This document shows, one piece after another, positions 9,050 through 18,300 of a stretch of 40,961 bases of DNA. Position 1 is the stretch's first letter; each line of letters begins with the position of its first letter. This DNA is from an uncultured Thermoplasmata archaeon. GTDB lineage: Archaea; Thermoplasmatota; Thermoplasmata; CAZPOY01. Under the pieces are notes generated by a model that was not told the origin of the DNA, did no database searches, and worked only from the letters and a program-made list of their open reading frames with translations. Both the position numbers and the translations under genes were made by a program. Location: NCBI GenBank assembly GCA_964588345.1, contig CAZPOY010000002.1, positions 1 to 40,961 of the forward strand, given 5' to 3'.

Positions 9050-10546
9050 TTAATTTTCATCTACTATGAACAGCAATAGAACCGTCGATATCGTCATGAC
9101 CATCAGAATGACCCACATGGTCCATCGGCTAACCTCATTGCCCGCCATTTCCACCTCAATGAATCCCATTTCAGGATATCTTTCTGTTTGAACGCCGTCG
9201 GATACCTTTATTAGGTAGTTGAAGTCGGAGTTGTGGAACTCCTTGGGTATCTGGGCTTCGTACCAGCCGTCACCGGTGCTCTTGGCCGTGATGGTCAACT
9301 GTGAATCATCTTCCGTCTTGTTCACTTGAACGATTATTGTGGTTATGCGCCGGTCGTCTTTGGCCTTGATGCGGATTGCCCCGGTCCTTGCGATGTCATC
9401 CGAATCGCCTTCGATTTCGATGATTTCGGGAGGGTTCGTGTCCTGTATCGGTAACTGGAAATAAGACATGTTGTAGTATCGCGAATTTCCGTTCTCATCG
9501 TGGATGTCAATTGCGTAGTGTAACTGGGTCAATTCGAATATCGGGGGAATGTGAGCGCTGAAAAGTTGGGCCCATATCGTCTGGGGGACATTGTTGGACG
9601 TGATGTTGAAAAAATAATCCCTGTCCTTTTCCAAGGACATGTTCTCAGGGGGGCCTCTCCTTTCGCCTAGCCAGTAATGAAAATAAACGTCGGCGATGTT
9701 GTCATTGTCGTAGAGCCAGAACTGCATGTTCAGTTGATAACCGTATGAAGCAACGTTGTACTGCTTGTCATTCCCTTTAGTGGAGTTGAGCGTGATGATG
9801 TAATTCTCCGGACTGTCGGGCCACAATATCAGGGGCTTCATGTCATCGATTATGTGCACCTCTTCATAGCCCTCCGCAGGATATCTGGCATCGTTGGTAC
9901 CATCCGTGAAATTGACGTAATATTCCATTATGCCAACGTCGGGCCATCCGTAGAAACTCAAACCCCAATGCGTTGATTCATTGTGTTTTATCATGTTCCG
10001 ACTGGTAAAATTATCCCTTCCAGGCATCCGATATACGAAAACGACCTCCTCAACGCCCACGTTGTCCGTAATGTTGAATACGAATGTCATGGGAGAATTT
10101 ACCGAGTAGCCCGACTGTTCGAATGGCTGCATCTTTGGGGGATATACGTCAAGCATGGTCACGTTGTAAAAGCCGGTCTCTGGAAAGAAATACGCTGAAA
10201 AATCATCCGTTTCAAGCACAACCCGGTATTCAAAATACGCCGCGTCGGGGGATATGCCTATGAACGTACTATATTCATCGGTGCCATTTTCATCATGCAT
10301 GGAGGCGACGCTGATGTTTCCCCCTGATTGCCGGTATTCCACCGTGAGGTAATTAACGTCGGTTCCGTCATATGTCGCATTTATTTGCAAGACTAGGGTC
10401 TCGGTCACGTCCTGGGGGATGATGACGTCTTCCAAAGGTTCATGTGTGAATGTTCCTTCATAATCACCTATGGCATTTCCTGCCAGCATGCCCGTTCCCA
10501 TCATCAGGACCACCAGGAAAAAGGCCAGAAGCATTCCGTTCTTCAT
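9050..10546 (-). CDS. Secreted, C-terminally membrane-anchored surface protein of unknown function
   Basis: It has an N-terminal signal-like segment (MKNGMLLAFFLVVLMMGTGMLAGNA) and a C-terminal hydrophobic helix (WTMWVILMVMTISTVLLLFIV). There are many N-x-S/T sequons. Its ATG overlaps the stop of the upstream gene (ATGA at 10543-10546). Confidence 0.6.
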   Translation of the reverse strand: MKNGMLLAFFLVVLMMGTGMLAGNAIGDYEGTFTHEPLEDVIIPQDVTETLVLQINATYDGTDVNYLTVEYRQSGGNISVASMHDENGTDEYSTFIGISPDAAYFEYRVVLETDDFSAYFFPETGFYNVTMLDVYPPKMQPFEQSGYSVNSPMTFVFNITDNVGVEEVVFVYRMPGRDNFTSRNMIKHNESTHWGLSFYGWPDVGIMEYYVNFTDGTNDARYPAEGYEEVHIIDDMKPLILWPDSPENYIITLNSTKGNDKQYNVASYGYQLNMQFWLYDNDNIADVYFHYWLGERRGPPENMSLEKDRDYFFNITSNNVPQTIWAQLFSAHIPPIFELTQLHYAIDIHDENGNSRYYNMSYFQLPIQDTNPPEIIEIEGDSDDIARTGAIRIKAKDDRRITTIIVQVNKTEDDSQLTITAKSTGDGWYEAQIPKEFHNSDFNYLIKVSDGVQTERYPEMGFIEVEMAGNEVSRWTMWVILMVMTISTVLLLFIVDEN

Positions 10547-11646
10547 TTTTTCCTACCCCGTATGAAAAGAACGACGCCTGCGACTATCATCAGGACTCCC
10601 ATCAAGATGGCTACGATGCCGAAAGTCATTGTCGAACTCGATGCCAACATCAGGAATATCATGGGGATTATTGCCAGAATTCCGACGATTATAAGGGCGG
10701 TCCCCAATCCCTTCTGCATCTTCCCTGCTTTCTTCTCTGATTTCCCAAAATCCGTTTCATCGCTTTTTTGAAAATCTGGTTCGCCGTCGGTTTCTTCTCC
10801 CTCGTCCTGTTCTGGATGCGTTTCATTATCATGTTCTTCCTGGGCATTCGGAACATCGTGAATCTCTTCCTCTTGAACGTCTGAAACGGCATCCGCCTCA
10901 TCATCTTCGGGTCGGTTTTCATCCCCTTGGGAAGCTTCTTCGGGAAAAGCATCGGTGATTACGCTTAGGTCCCCTTCGTCCACCGCCTCATCCCATTCAT
11001 CATCCTCCGATTCGCCGGGGTCGATTTCTGAATTGTCTGTTTCTTCAACGCCAACGGTTTCCTCTTCTGCGTGGGACGGTTGCTCATCTGAGGGGCCCTC
11101 TTCCTTTTCCTCGGCGTAGGTGGAAGTACCCATGTGTGGGTTGGATTCCTCCGTTTCTTCTTCTGGAACGCTTTCCGTTTCGAGTATTTCAACAACTTCC
11201 GCCTGTTCTTCCACCGTCGTGTCCTCTTCCTGTCCGGTCATTCCCTTTTCTTCATGAACGTCCGCTCCGGCGATGTCCACCGTTTCGACCTCTTCATCTT
11301 CCTGCCCCTCTTCTTCCTGACCAAGTTCTATGACTTGTTCTTCCTCTTCAGGTTCATCTTCAGTGGTCATGAGCGATTCTTTGAAAATGTCGTTTACTGA
11401 GGTATCGTCTCCAAGGTCGAGTTCGTCTTCGTCAAACAGGTCTTCGTCATCGAAATCGATGCCCTCTTCGGTGAATGCGGACATTATGTCGTCCAGTTCA
11501 TTGGTCACCTCGGATATGGTGTCGTCCAATTCCGCTTCAAGGTCAAGCTCGTTCTGCATAGAAAGACCTTCGTCCTTGGAGCAGTTGAGGCATACGCCTT
11601 CTTCGTTGAGTTCCGCCCCGCATTCAGGGCACGTTCCTTCTCCCAT
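10543..11646 (-). CDS. Zinc-ribbon protein with a long poly-acidic linker and C-terminal transmembrane helices
   Basis: The N-terminus carries CPECGAELNEEGVCLNC (CxxC...CxxC). About 290 residues dominated by D/E follow. The C-terminus is two hydrophobic helices (GLGTALIIVGILAIIPMIFLML and FGIVAILMGVLMIVAGVVLFI). Confidence 0.6.
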   Translation of the reverse strand: MGEGTCPECGAELNEEGVCLNCSKDEGLSMQNELDLEAELDDTISEVTNELDDIMSAFTEEGIDFDDEDLFDEDELDLGDDTSVNDIFKESLMTTEDEPEEEEQVIELGQEEEGQEDEEVETVDIAGADVHEEKGMTGQEEDTTVEEQAEVVEILETESVPEEETEESNPHMGTSTYAEEKEEGPSDEQPSHAEEETVGVEETDNSEIDPGESEDDEWDEAVDEGDLSVITDAFPEEASQGDENRPEDDEADAVSDVQEEEIHDVPNAQEEHDNETHPEQDEGEETDGEPDFQKSDETDFGKSEKKAGKMQKGLGTALIIVGILAIIPMIFLMLASSSTMTFGIVAILMGVLMIVAGVVLFIRGRKK

Positions 11647-11743
11647 CGTCTAACCAGTCAGCCATTTTCCTTTAGCAATTTAACCTTTCCGAAAGACAGA
11701 TGAATGGCAAGGCAACGGAAAATAAGAAAAAGAGTGAGGTTGT

Positions 11744-12556
11744 TTGCGTGCCGTGGAAAAATTCACAATCTTCCGCCCGGGAAGGTCATTCCCCAGCGTC
11801 TCCATAACGGGAAGCCGCTGCATGCTTGATTGCAAACACTGCAATGGGAAGTATCTTCAATCCATGGTGGATGCCCATGCGCCGGAAAAACTCCTGGATT
11901 TTGCTTCCCGCTTGCATGAACGAGGCGGAGAGGGGATGCTGATTTCAGGCGGCTTCGACCGGACGGGGAAACTACCGCTGGACGATTTCATCAACGCCAT
12001 TGCAGACATCAAGGAAAAGACGGATTTTTTCATCAACATCCATCCTGGGATGGCATCCCCCCAGGTTCTGGACGGATTGAAAGAAGCGGGAATAGATTCT
12101 CTGAGCATCGACATTTTTACGGAAGAAACGGCTCGAGAGATATACGGACTGGATTATTCGCTGAACGACTACATAAAAAATTATGCCCGGGGCGTCGAAG
12201 CGGGGTTGAGGGTCGTGCCTCATTTTACCCTGGGACTTCCCGGCGACCATGAAAAGGCGTTCGCATCGCTTCCGGACAAACCCGCAAGAACGATAATCAA
12301 TGGATTGGTGGGAACAAGGGGCCCGAAAACGGATAACGTCAAGAAAAGCATGGTTGAATTCTCAAGGTTTATTTCTGAGAATGGAAAAGGAACGGAGATT
12401 GTCGCCGGTTGCATGAGACCACGATTGGACCCGGAATACGAAATTGCAATGGTAAAAAACGGGACGTTGGGCATGGTCAATCCCGCGTCCGTAACAAGAA
12501 AATGGGTGGAAGAGAATTACGACGTCCGGGTTCTGGAAAGATGCTGCTCATTGTGA
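11744..12556 (+). CDS. Radical SAM domain protein
   Basis: A CMLDCKHC (Cx3Cx2C) cluster motif sits near the N-terminus, followed by GGEGMLISGG and TIM-barrel-like periodicity. The track start is TTG at 11744. Confidence 0.7.
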   Translation: MRAVEKFTIFRPGRSFPSVSITGSRCMLDCKHCNGKYLQSMVDAHAPEKLLDFASRLHERGGEGMLISGGFDRTGKLPLDDFINAIADIKEKTDFFINIHPGMASPQVLDGLKEAGIDSLSIDIFTEETAREIYGLDYSLNDYIKNYARGVEAGLRVVPHFTLGLPGDHEKAFASLPDKPARTIINGLVGTRGPKTDNVKKSMVEFSRFISENGKGTEIVAGCMRPRLDPEYEIAMVKNGTLGMVNPASVTRKWVEENYDVRVLERCCSL

Positions 12557-12609
12557 AAACATCTCCCTTTCGCAAAGGAAAAATGACCGGTGGTGTCTGA
12601 TGCCAATCA

Positions 12610-13428
12610 TCAGGCGTAAATCGATAGCGACCGGAACTTCTTTTTCAGGGGTATGAGGAAAATGTACCAGGCCAGATTTGCCACAGCTATTACAAGACTC
12701 AATATCGGCAGGGTGAACCTGAACGTCTGGGACATTGTGTACGAAATTTCATAATCTACCGGCGCGCTTGAGGAGTATATGACGATGACGTATTCTTCCT
12801 GTGTATGAGAATCCATCGTCGCCTCCACGGGGTTTCCCGGTGTTAGTTCGTGCCCGTCCGCGACGTTCTTAAGCATCAGCCGGTCGTAATTGAAGCCTAT
12901 GTCATCAAAGATCTCCTTTTCCACGACGAATACCTCTGCTTCGTTCTGGCTGATGGTCAATTTCACATTTTGAGCATAACTTGTTCCAATGAAATTCAGG
13001 GTCGTAAAGGTGACGGTTTCCCCGTGCCTTGCCGTGCCGGATTCGTCGCTCAGTCCTTCCACGAAACCTACGACGGGGGGTGGCAGCAGTATCGCCATCA
13101 CGACAACGGCCAATATGATGTATGCAATGGCACGCTGGGAAGCGCTCTTCGCCATGAGGAATTTTGACGAATAAGACGGTTCAAGACGTATCTCAAGGTA
13201 AGTGAAGGCCACGGCCTCCATTATCATCACGATGAACATGATGAAGAGGAAGTAAAGGGCTCCGTCAAGGGGCAGGAAAAGCGGGTCGGGATTAATCCCC
13301 TCGGTGTAGATGATGAAAACGGCTAGAAATATGAATATCAACCACTGGGCCAGGAATGCGTAAAGCTTGATGTTCTTTATCCTTTCCAGTCTCAGGCTTC
13401 CTTCCAGGTTGGTCCTCGTTTCAGCCAT
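12610..13428 (-). CDS. Polytopic membrane protein with an extracytoplasmic domain, unknown function
   Basis: Derived from track ORF 12610..13488. I prefer ATG 13428 (MAETRTNLEG...) because an AATTATAAAT TATA-like box lies about 27 nt upstream, suggesting a leaderless transcript. Several hydrophobic helices flank a soluble segment of about 110 aa. Confidence 0.55.
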   Translation of the reverse strand: MAETRTNLEGSLRLERIKNIKLYAFLAQWLIFIFLAVFIIYTEGINPDPLFLPLDGALYFLFIMFIVMIMEAVAFTYLEIRLEPSYSSKFLMAKSASQRAIAYIILAVVVMAILLPPPVVGFVEGLSDESGTARHGETVTFTTLNFIGTSYAQNVKLTISQNEAEVFVVEKEIFDDIGFNYDRLMLKNVADGHELTPGNPVEATMDSHTQEEYVIVIYSSSAPVDYEISYTMSQTFRFTLPILSLVIAVANLAWYIFLIPLKKKFRSLSIYA

Positions 13429-13548
13429 CCGATTGTCAATGTTGATGTAAGCATTTATAATTATTCCTACGTTGGACCGTTTTTGCAATCCATGTGGATT
13501 TTATTCTGCTTCAAGATGGAAATGGCAAGGCGTCGGCCCATTGGATGT

Positions 13549-14766
13549 TCATTTTTCCTCGAGTTTGGCGAGATTCCTTGCTATGGCGAAAATGCCCACG
13601 GGCATGGATACCCTCTCCCGGCCTTTTATTTCGTATGTCTGCCCCATAAGTTCGATTACTGCAGGTTTTTCCGCAACCACGGTCATCTCTTCCTTTTTGA
13701 AAATGTCGGGAACAGCATGTACCAGGGGGTCAAAATTTGATAATTTCGACGGCTTGATTTCCGTGACCCTAAAGCCCGTTTTTCCGTGTAAAGACCCACC
13801 GAGCCTTATTATTCGTCGAATGTCCGTGGTGACGGGTTCGTCGGCTTCTCCCTGGACCTGTACCTTCACTCGGGATATCACGGCGTTGAGAAAAGCGTTC
13901 TTTATCTTGTCCGAAGGGAATATCTCAACGGTCTGGTTGTTGATTATCCTGTCCGCCCCCCTTTTCCCTTTTTCTCCCCTGAAGAGGGAGGCGTAAATCT
14001 TGGCGCCGGTATCCTTCCCTATCCCCTTTTCCGACGTGAACAGGTGCAGGGCTTCCTCCCTGTCCATCTCCTCCAGTTCCTTGACAAAGGCAACAAGGCC
14101 TCTAGCCAGCCGGCCGCTCCACCCCGGAGCATCAATGCTAGGCATGACGGTGCGTTCCTTGGTCCGCAGATAACTGCCCCTTCCCTTGGTGGCGAATACC
14201 TCCTTGGGAAAATGCATCTTTTCATCTACGCCGACACCAGTAATGTAATCGACTATCTCGCGTCTTTCATGGCTCCCAAGCCCCAGCACCCGCGGGTCCC
14301 TGATGTGGACGTGATATCCCCTTCCCCCGGAGAATAGGAGATGCATGTCTTCGTAGGCATAGCCAAAATCCATCACAAGGAAATCATCAATCAGGCGGAA
14401 AAGCTCCTCCTTGACCGCTTCCAGTTGTTCAGCATAGGTCATCTGGTCGGCCCCTTCAAGATGGTCTGCATCCAGGTCGAATATCAGGTCCGCTCCCATC
14501 CATCCCTTCTCATTCATCGTGGGAGCGTCGGGTTTTTTGTAATATGTCGTAGAATAGTAAACGTGGGCCGGCCCCTTCATCACAAGAAATTTCTTCAATT
14601 CCCCCTTTGTTGAAAAGCCTTGGTGACGGAGCATCCCCCTGCCACCGTAAAAAATGAAGCCAAACTCCCGGGTCCCGAATCTGGGCGGCAGCAATACTTC
14701 TTCTTTATTATAATAATGGGAAAACTGCTTTTGCAGGAAACGATTTTCATGATACCCCGGAGACAT
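13549..14766 (-). CDS. priS: DNA primase small (catalytic) subunit PriS
   Basis: It carries the DLIFDLDADH catalytic acidic motif and SGGRGYHVHI, both typical of the archaeo-eukaryotic primase catalytic subunit. Confidence 0.9.
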   Translation of the reverse strand: MSPGYHENRFLQKQFSHYYNKEEVLLPPRFGTREFGFIFYGGRGMLRHQGFSTKGELKKFLVMKGPAHVYYSTTYYKKPDAPTMNEKGWMGADLIFDLDADHLEGADQMTYAEQLEAVKEELFRLIDDFLVMDFGYAYEDMHLLFSGGRGYHVHIRDPRVLGLGSHERREIVDYITGVGVDEKMHFPKEVFATKGRGSYLRTKERTVMPSIDAPGWSGRLARGLVAFVKELEEMDREEALHLFTSEKGIGKDTGAKIYASLFRGEKGKRGADRIINNQTVEIFPSDKIKNAFLNAVISRVKVQVQGEADEPVTTDIRRIIRLGGSLHGKTGFRVTEIKPSKLSNFDPLVHAVPDIFKKEEMTVVAEKPAVIELMGQTYEIKGRERVSMPVGIFAIARNLAKLEEK

Positions 14767-14936
14767 CGGATGGAGAAACGGTTATCAATTAATTTAATTT
14801 GTCTTTTGCAATGTATTATTATATTCGACAATGATTAAATTTCTGCCGAAATGCAATGATATTGCGATTATTAGCGCATATTGACATTGTATCACAATTT
14901 TCATCTGACATTATGCTATTTCACACATTAACGGAA

Positions 14937-15491
14937 TCACACGGGAAGGGGGTGCTTGTGATAATCTTCTTTGACGTCGTCCGAGGTGAGGTCAAGATAT
15001 ACCTGGGTTGTTGTCAGCGATGAATGGCCTAGCATCTTTTGAACGGTCCTGAGGTTCATCCCGGCTTTCAAACAATGGACTGCGAATGAATGGCGTAGCA
15101 TGTGCGGATAAACCTTCTGTGAAATGCCGACCTGCCTTGCGTATTTGTCCACGATCCTTTCCACCTGCCTTGTCGATATCTGCTTTCCCGTGGTATTGGA
15201 GGTAATGAGTACGCCTTCCTTGGCATCCCCAATGTACATCTCGATGATGTCCAGAGTCATGTCATCAACGGGAACGACCCGGTCCTTGCCTCCCTTGCCC
15301 TGCCTTACCGTCAAGGTCCCTTCGGGAAAATCGATGTCTTCGATGTGGAGGTGGGTGAGTTCGGATACCCGGAGTCCGCATCTATACAAAATGCGGAGCA
15401 TCACTCGGTCCCTCAAATGCTCCCTATCGGGGGCTGCCAGCAATCGGCGAATGTCACGCTCTTTTAGATACTTGGGTAATTTCTTAGCCAA
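14937..15491 (-). CDS. Tyrosine recombinase/integrase, catalytic domain only (184 aa)
   Basis: RILYRCGLRVSEL (Arg I), HMLRHSFAVH (HxxR) and LGHSSLTTTQVYLD (His/Tyr) form a complete catalytic signature. The protein starts where the catalytic domain of XerA-like enzymes normally starts, so the N-terminal core-binding domain is absent. Confidence 0.8.
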   Translation of the reverse strand: MAKKLPKYLKERDIRRLLAAPDREHLRDRVMLRILYRCGLRVSELTHLHIEDIDFPEGTLTVRQGKGGKDRVVPVDDMTLDIIEMYIGDAKEGVLITSNTTGKQISTRQVERIVDKYARQVGISQKVYPHMLRHSFAVHCLKAGMNLRTVQKMLGHSSLTTTQVYLDLTSDDVKEDYHKHPLPV

Positions 15492-16341
15492 AAAAACACG
15501 TCCTGAGTAGCATTGTCATTACAGGTTTGCAGGATAATAAAGGTTGTCTTTTTTTCTATGGGTTTTCCGACATGGTCAGGGGGGCCTTCTAATCCATCTC
15601 ATTTTTATATATGCAGTTAAAAACAATATAGACCTTGTTAAACCAACCCTTGTTATTTTCCTAATAGGAAATCCGACATCTCTTGATATATTATATAAAC
15701 ATATCGTCGGATTTGTTACATTTTCCGACATCGGAGCCCGAAAGTGACAAAGATTAACATGGTTAGTTTTGATGAAAAACGACCCCGGAAAAAACGCAAA
15801 CTCAAATATTCCACGGATTGCCACTTTCGACACGTTACCCCCTCTACGCAACCCTGACAAATGCCATTTGGTGGAAACTTCGTGCTCGGTTTTGCGAATT
15901 TACGTATGTTTTTTGGATTTAATGCCCAATTTTCTTGGAATATCTAGTATTTTTAGAATAATCACGAGGAAAAGGTGGCATTTTCGCTGGGAAAAAAAAT
16001 GAAAGACCGTTTTTTGTTGCATTTATGCCCCAAAATTTTCATTGATACGATAAAACGAATATTATAGCAACAATAACGCAATTTTTGGTTTTGTTTGATA
16101 TACGCATTGACGTGAAATACCCAAAAGTGCGTAATAAGAAAAAAATACTGCAGTAAATAGAAAAAATGACGATAATTTGCAATATATTAGCAAATTGTAG
16201 GATTTCGTGTTATTGGACAACTGGTGCAAAACCAAAAATTGCGAGTTATAATCGAAAAGTACTGAAATATTACCTATGTAACGATTATTAGAGGATGATG
16301 AGCGATTAATAAAATGGTATGGATAATATAATTGTCCTGCC
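15492..16341. other. 850-bp AT-rich non-coding spacer containing structured repeats
   Basis: No credible ORF is present; the track ORFs here are low-complexity. It contains a TCCGACAT motif cluster at 15563-15731 and a perfect 16-bp inverted repeat at 16078-16093 / 16227-16242. Confidence 0.6.
16078..16242. repeat. Perfect 16-bp inverted repeat (GCAATTTTTGGTTTTG / CAAAACCAAAAATTGC) enclosing a 133-bp A/T-rich core
   Basis: Read directly from the sequence: 16078-16093 is the exact reverse complement of 16227-16242. Confidence 0.9.
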
Positions 16342-17046
16342 CTAATCCACGATGGTCCGGGTGGCGTAAAAATCGTCGTCCTTGAACAGAAGCGTAAAGT
16401 AACCGGCATTGTGTTTCGTGGACCGCATCTTCACCACGCGAATCCTTCGTTGCACGTCGATCTCACCGACCTGTGCCATCCCCATAAATATGATGCCGTC
16501 TGAAAGGAAGTCCTCATCGTAGGGAGCATACTTTTTGGAATCCATGTCCATCTCCGAAATGAGAAAAGACGTGAAATCCATGTCCCGAAGGTATTCGAAG
16601 AATTCGAATAGGTCTTCCCTGGGATTGTCGAATCGTGCCAATATCTCCAGCGCCTGTAGGGAGTCGATGGCTAGGAGGTCGAACTTGAGTTCCCGGTTGA
16701 GCGTCTTGCACTGCATCTTGAAAACCTCCATCCAACTGCTTCCTTCGAGATTTCCAAGGTTCTTGCGTATCATGGCAAGGTCCACCATCCTCACCTTGTT
16801 GCCCAAGGACGAAAAATCCATCCCAAGGCGGGAGGCATGATGAAGTAGCGACTTGCCCGATTGTTCAAGCGAAAAATACACGCCGTTTTTGCCCTCCAGG
16901 GCGTTATTGTAAAGCATGTTCAGGACGATGGAGGATTTCATGGTCCCTGCCGTTCCCGAAACCAAAACGACATGACCCTGAGGTATGCCTCCTTCCATCG
17001 ATTCGTCAAAGTTTTTTATGTACGTCTTGAAACGGGGGTCGTCCAT
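16342..17046 (-). CDS. KaiC/RadA-like RecA-superfamily ATPase (single domain, 234 aa)
   Basis: FDESMEGGIPQGHVVLVSGTAGTMKSS is the GGIPxG plus P-loop region, followed by a LAIDSL Walker B-like strand. The pattern matches the archaeal single-domain KaiC/Rad55 group. Confidence 0.7.
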   Translation of the reverse strand: MDDPRFKTYIKNFDESMEGGIPQGHVVLVSGTAGTMKSSIVLNMLYNNALEGKNGVYFSLEQSGKSLLHHASRLGMDFSSLGNKVRMVDLAMIRKNLGNLEGSSWMEVFKMQCKTLNRELKFDLLAIDSLQALEILARFDNPREDLFEFFEYLRDMDFTSFLISEMDMDSKKYAPYDEDFLSDGIIFMGMAQVGEIDVQRRIRVVKMRSTKHNAGYFTLLFKDDDFYATRTIVD

Positions 17047-17156
17047 TCTTATGTCACCGGTGAACGAACATTACCCTATGGATATTAAAAGATGGCGATT
17101 GCGTGGAACCGTTGTCATCTTTTTCAGCGCCCCTGTCCATTGGTCTATGAATATAT

Positions 17157-18296
17157 ATGCGCAAATGGAGACAAGGTCATGGCAAAATCCTTATTTCAAA
17201 TACGTCCCTTTTACTCTCCGTGCCTTTGAAAAAATACGCCAGATATCCCTTCTCCGACGAAGCAAGAGATTACATCGCCAAGCATGGTCCGGACATTCAG
17301 GAACTTCTCGAAGACATCGCCTATCAAAGCGCACGCTATCGGGGCAAGGAAAGGGTCCTCCAGGCCATTGAGAAAGGGGTGGTCGAACCGTTCCAGGGAA
17401 CCTCGAAGATGGATTGCCTTGTGGAAATGCTCTCTTACGCTGTTGCCAGAATGTTGGTATCGGTTCTGAAAGAAAATTTTCTTCTAAAGCGATATGCTCT
17501 AGCCGAAGGCGTCAAACTGAAGAACGAACTTGGTTCTCATGAAGACGAATCACCATTCGTTTACCGGACCCTGGGAATGGACCCTCTCGTCGAGGATGGA
17601 GTGTATTACCTTCATTTCACAACATACATGAAACTAGAGATACCCATGAGGGCCAAAGAATGGAAGCTTTCCAACGCCCCACTTGCCAACGGAACGGTGT
17701 CTCTGACGAAGGTAAAGATGGACCGGCTGGCCCAGTCCGCCCTTCAGAAGAAAATCGAGATGGAACTGCCGCTGCCCATTGCCGACAACGTAACCGAAAG
17801 ACTGGAGAACGACCTCGCCCAAGTGAAGGAGCAATTCGCTGTCTTAAAAAAACAGCTTCCCGACACCGATTTGGGCCGCATCAACCTTGCACATTTTCCT
17901 CCCTGCATGAAACGACTCGTCGGCATGGCCCAGCGCGGGGAGAACATCTCCCATTCAGGCAGGTTCGCCCTCACCACTTTTCTCCATGCCATTGGCGCCA
18001 GCAACGAAGAAATCCTAAAGGTATTTGCCGGCAGTCCCGATTTTGACGAATCCATCGCGATGTACCAGATAGAACACATAACGGGCGTAACATCCGGTAC
18101 GGAATATTCACCCCCCGAATGTGCCACGATGAAGAGCCAGGGAATATGTGAGGACCCGGACAAACTCTGTTCCTACGATTGGATGACACACCCCATGAAA
18201 TACTACCGGGCCAAAGACCGGGGCAGGAAGAAGAAAGACGGCAAGAAAGAAAAGAAAAATAAGGGTGGATCCATAAAAGAAACAAAAATGGAGTAG
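17157..18296 (+). CDS. priL: DNA primase large subunit PriL
   Basis: It has the YPFSDEA N-terminal motif, HFPPCMKRL, and C-terminal cysteines (CATMKSQGIC ... C) consistent with the PriL Fe-S domain. The true start may be GTG 17220 or TTG 17226 rather than ATG 17157. Confidence 0.85.
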   Translation: MRKWRQGHGKILISNTSLLLSVPLKKYARYPFSDEARDYIAKHGPDIQELLEDIAYQSARYRGKERVLQAIEKGVVEPFQGTSKMDCLVEMLSYAVARMLVSVLKENFLLKRYALAEGVKLKNELGSHEDESPFVYRTLGMDPLVEDGVYYLHFTTYMKLEIPMRAKEWKLSNAPLANGTVSLTKVKMDRLAQSALQKKIEMELPLPIADNVTERLENDLAQVKEQFAVLKKQLPDTDLGRINLAHFPPCMKRLVGMAQRGENISHSGRFALTTFLHAIGASNEEILKVFAGSPDFDESIAMYQIEHITGVTSGTEYSPPECATMKSQGICEDPDKLCSYDWMTHPMKYYRAKDRGRKKKDGKKEKKNKGGSIKETKME

Positions 18297-18300
18297 ATGT

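Noticed and set aside
10700-11653. A GAA/GAG/GAT-rich periodic DNA stretch and a poly-Ser antisense ORF (11330..11653). I considered a repeat array or CRISPR-like structure.
   Set aside because: There is no fixed repeat/spacer periodicity. The pattern is simply codon-level low complexity from a poly-acidic protein linker.
13472-13996. A 174-aa plus-strand ORF overlapping the 3' half of priS.
   Set aside because: It is antisense to a motif-rich primase gene and has no signatures of its own.
15770-15857. A possible C/D box sRNA, with TGATGA at 15770-15775 and CTGA at 15854-15857.
   Set aside because: The boxes are about 80 nt apart with no internal D'/C' boxes and no terminal stem. This is consistent with chance occurrence in AT-rich DNA.
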